A DNA stretch of 58,117 nt from Mesotaenium endlicherianum (lineage: Eukaryota). Location: NCBI GenBank assembly GCA_009602735.1, contig WELA01002181.1, forward strand, positions 1 through 58,117. Reading direction: 5' to 3'. The translations under genes and the position numbers were made by a program. This document shows positions 57,270-58,117 of the stretch, in pieces (the first letter of the stretch is position 1; each line of letters opens with the position of its first letter). A model generated the notes under the pieces. It did no database searches and was not told the origin of the DNA. It was given only the letters and a program-made list of their open reading frames with translations.

Positions 57270-58117
57270 GTAGGGCCCCCCCTTCTCTCTCCCTCTCAAG
57301 CCCCCTTCCTCCATCCTTGGCCAGTCTGCCCTGCCCCCTTCGCCTGCGGTTGGCCGGCCGCCCACCTGACTCAGGTGAAGCGGAAGCCTCTCAGGGTCTT
57401 CGTGCAGGCTTTCTGACGAGTGCCAGGGGCGTGTGCTAGCACTGCGTTGGTGCCACCTGTCAAAAGTCTTAGAGACACTGCATGCATGGCCAGGAAGCTG
57501 GCAGCAGCTTGGCAGCTTGGCAGCTTCAGTTGGGCCTGCAGAGACCTTGTCCAGATACATGCTTAAATCTGCAGGTTTTCGTCAAGGACTTTAACGCGGG
57601 CGAATAGAGCTAGTGATTTGACAAGAAATCGGGGTGCAGCATGGGGCTAGATGGAGGGAGGAAGGGAGAGAGAGAGGGGGGGGAAGGAGTTTCAGCTCAG
57701 AGGAGATGCAGATGACAGTGGTGGCGCACGTTGGGGCTGCCGTCATCTAGTCCACACATTCTCTTCTCCAGGACTGCAAGGGGGGTTTTTTTTGGGGCGG
57801 GGATATGGGTTGGGGGCCGGGCTTTCCTCTTCAAGAAGATGAGAGTGGGTGATGGCTCTGAACGGTGCACACCGTTGGTTGGCCGGCTGGCTGGTGGACT
57901 GTCCCCTGGGGGGGGGGATGCAGGAGAGAGATGCTGCGCTGGGCAACGGAGGCCTCGGCAGGTGAGCTCTACCTGCTGCCCCCACATTCGTCTGCTGTAT
58001 CCCCTGTGGAGCTGCCACTTGCTGACCATGCACGTACGCATGCATGTATGCATGCATGCGTGTGTGCAAGCAGACCTGCGCTCTACATGCATGTAGAGGG
58101 GGCGGGGGGGGGGAGGG

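Overview
Eukaryotic, intron-rich nuclear DNA with three assembly gaps, most likely from a streptophyte alga. That assignment is an inference: land-plant-type genes (a PIA-type ankyrin protein, an At1g01500-like protein) sit next to algal-type genes (PhoX, LCIB). I reconstructed nine protein-coding genes by hand, all with GT-AG introns and consistent reading frames. They are two tandem 11-exon secreted PhoX-family alkaline phosphatases, a plastid-targeted enolase, an LCIB/theta-carbonic-anhydrase-family gene with an extra hydrophobic segment, the branched-chain keto-acid dehydrogenase E2 subunit (BCE2), a PIA1/2-like ankyrin protein, an At1g01500-like membrane protein, the LSG1 GTPase, and the 5' part of an ACT-domain alpha-glucan phosphorylase. 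The most striking unexplained signal is intron architecture. Roughly 20 of the 52 complete introns have G-rich tracts where the polypyrimidine tract should be, usually with a C-rich tract just after the donor. This suggests end-to-end paired introns and a possible structure-guided splicing mode. Other signals are an inverted intragenic GC gradient, 10-bp-period mini-arrays near gene starts, and an exact 19-mer shared by the PhoX-1 and enolase upstream regions.
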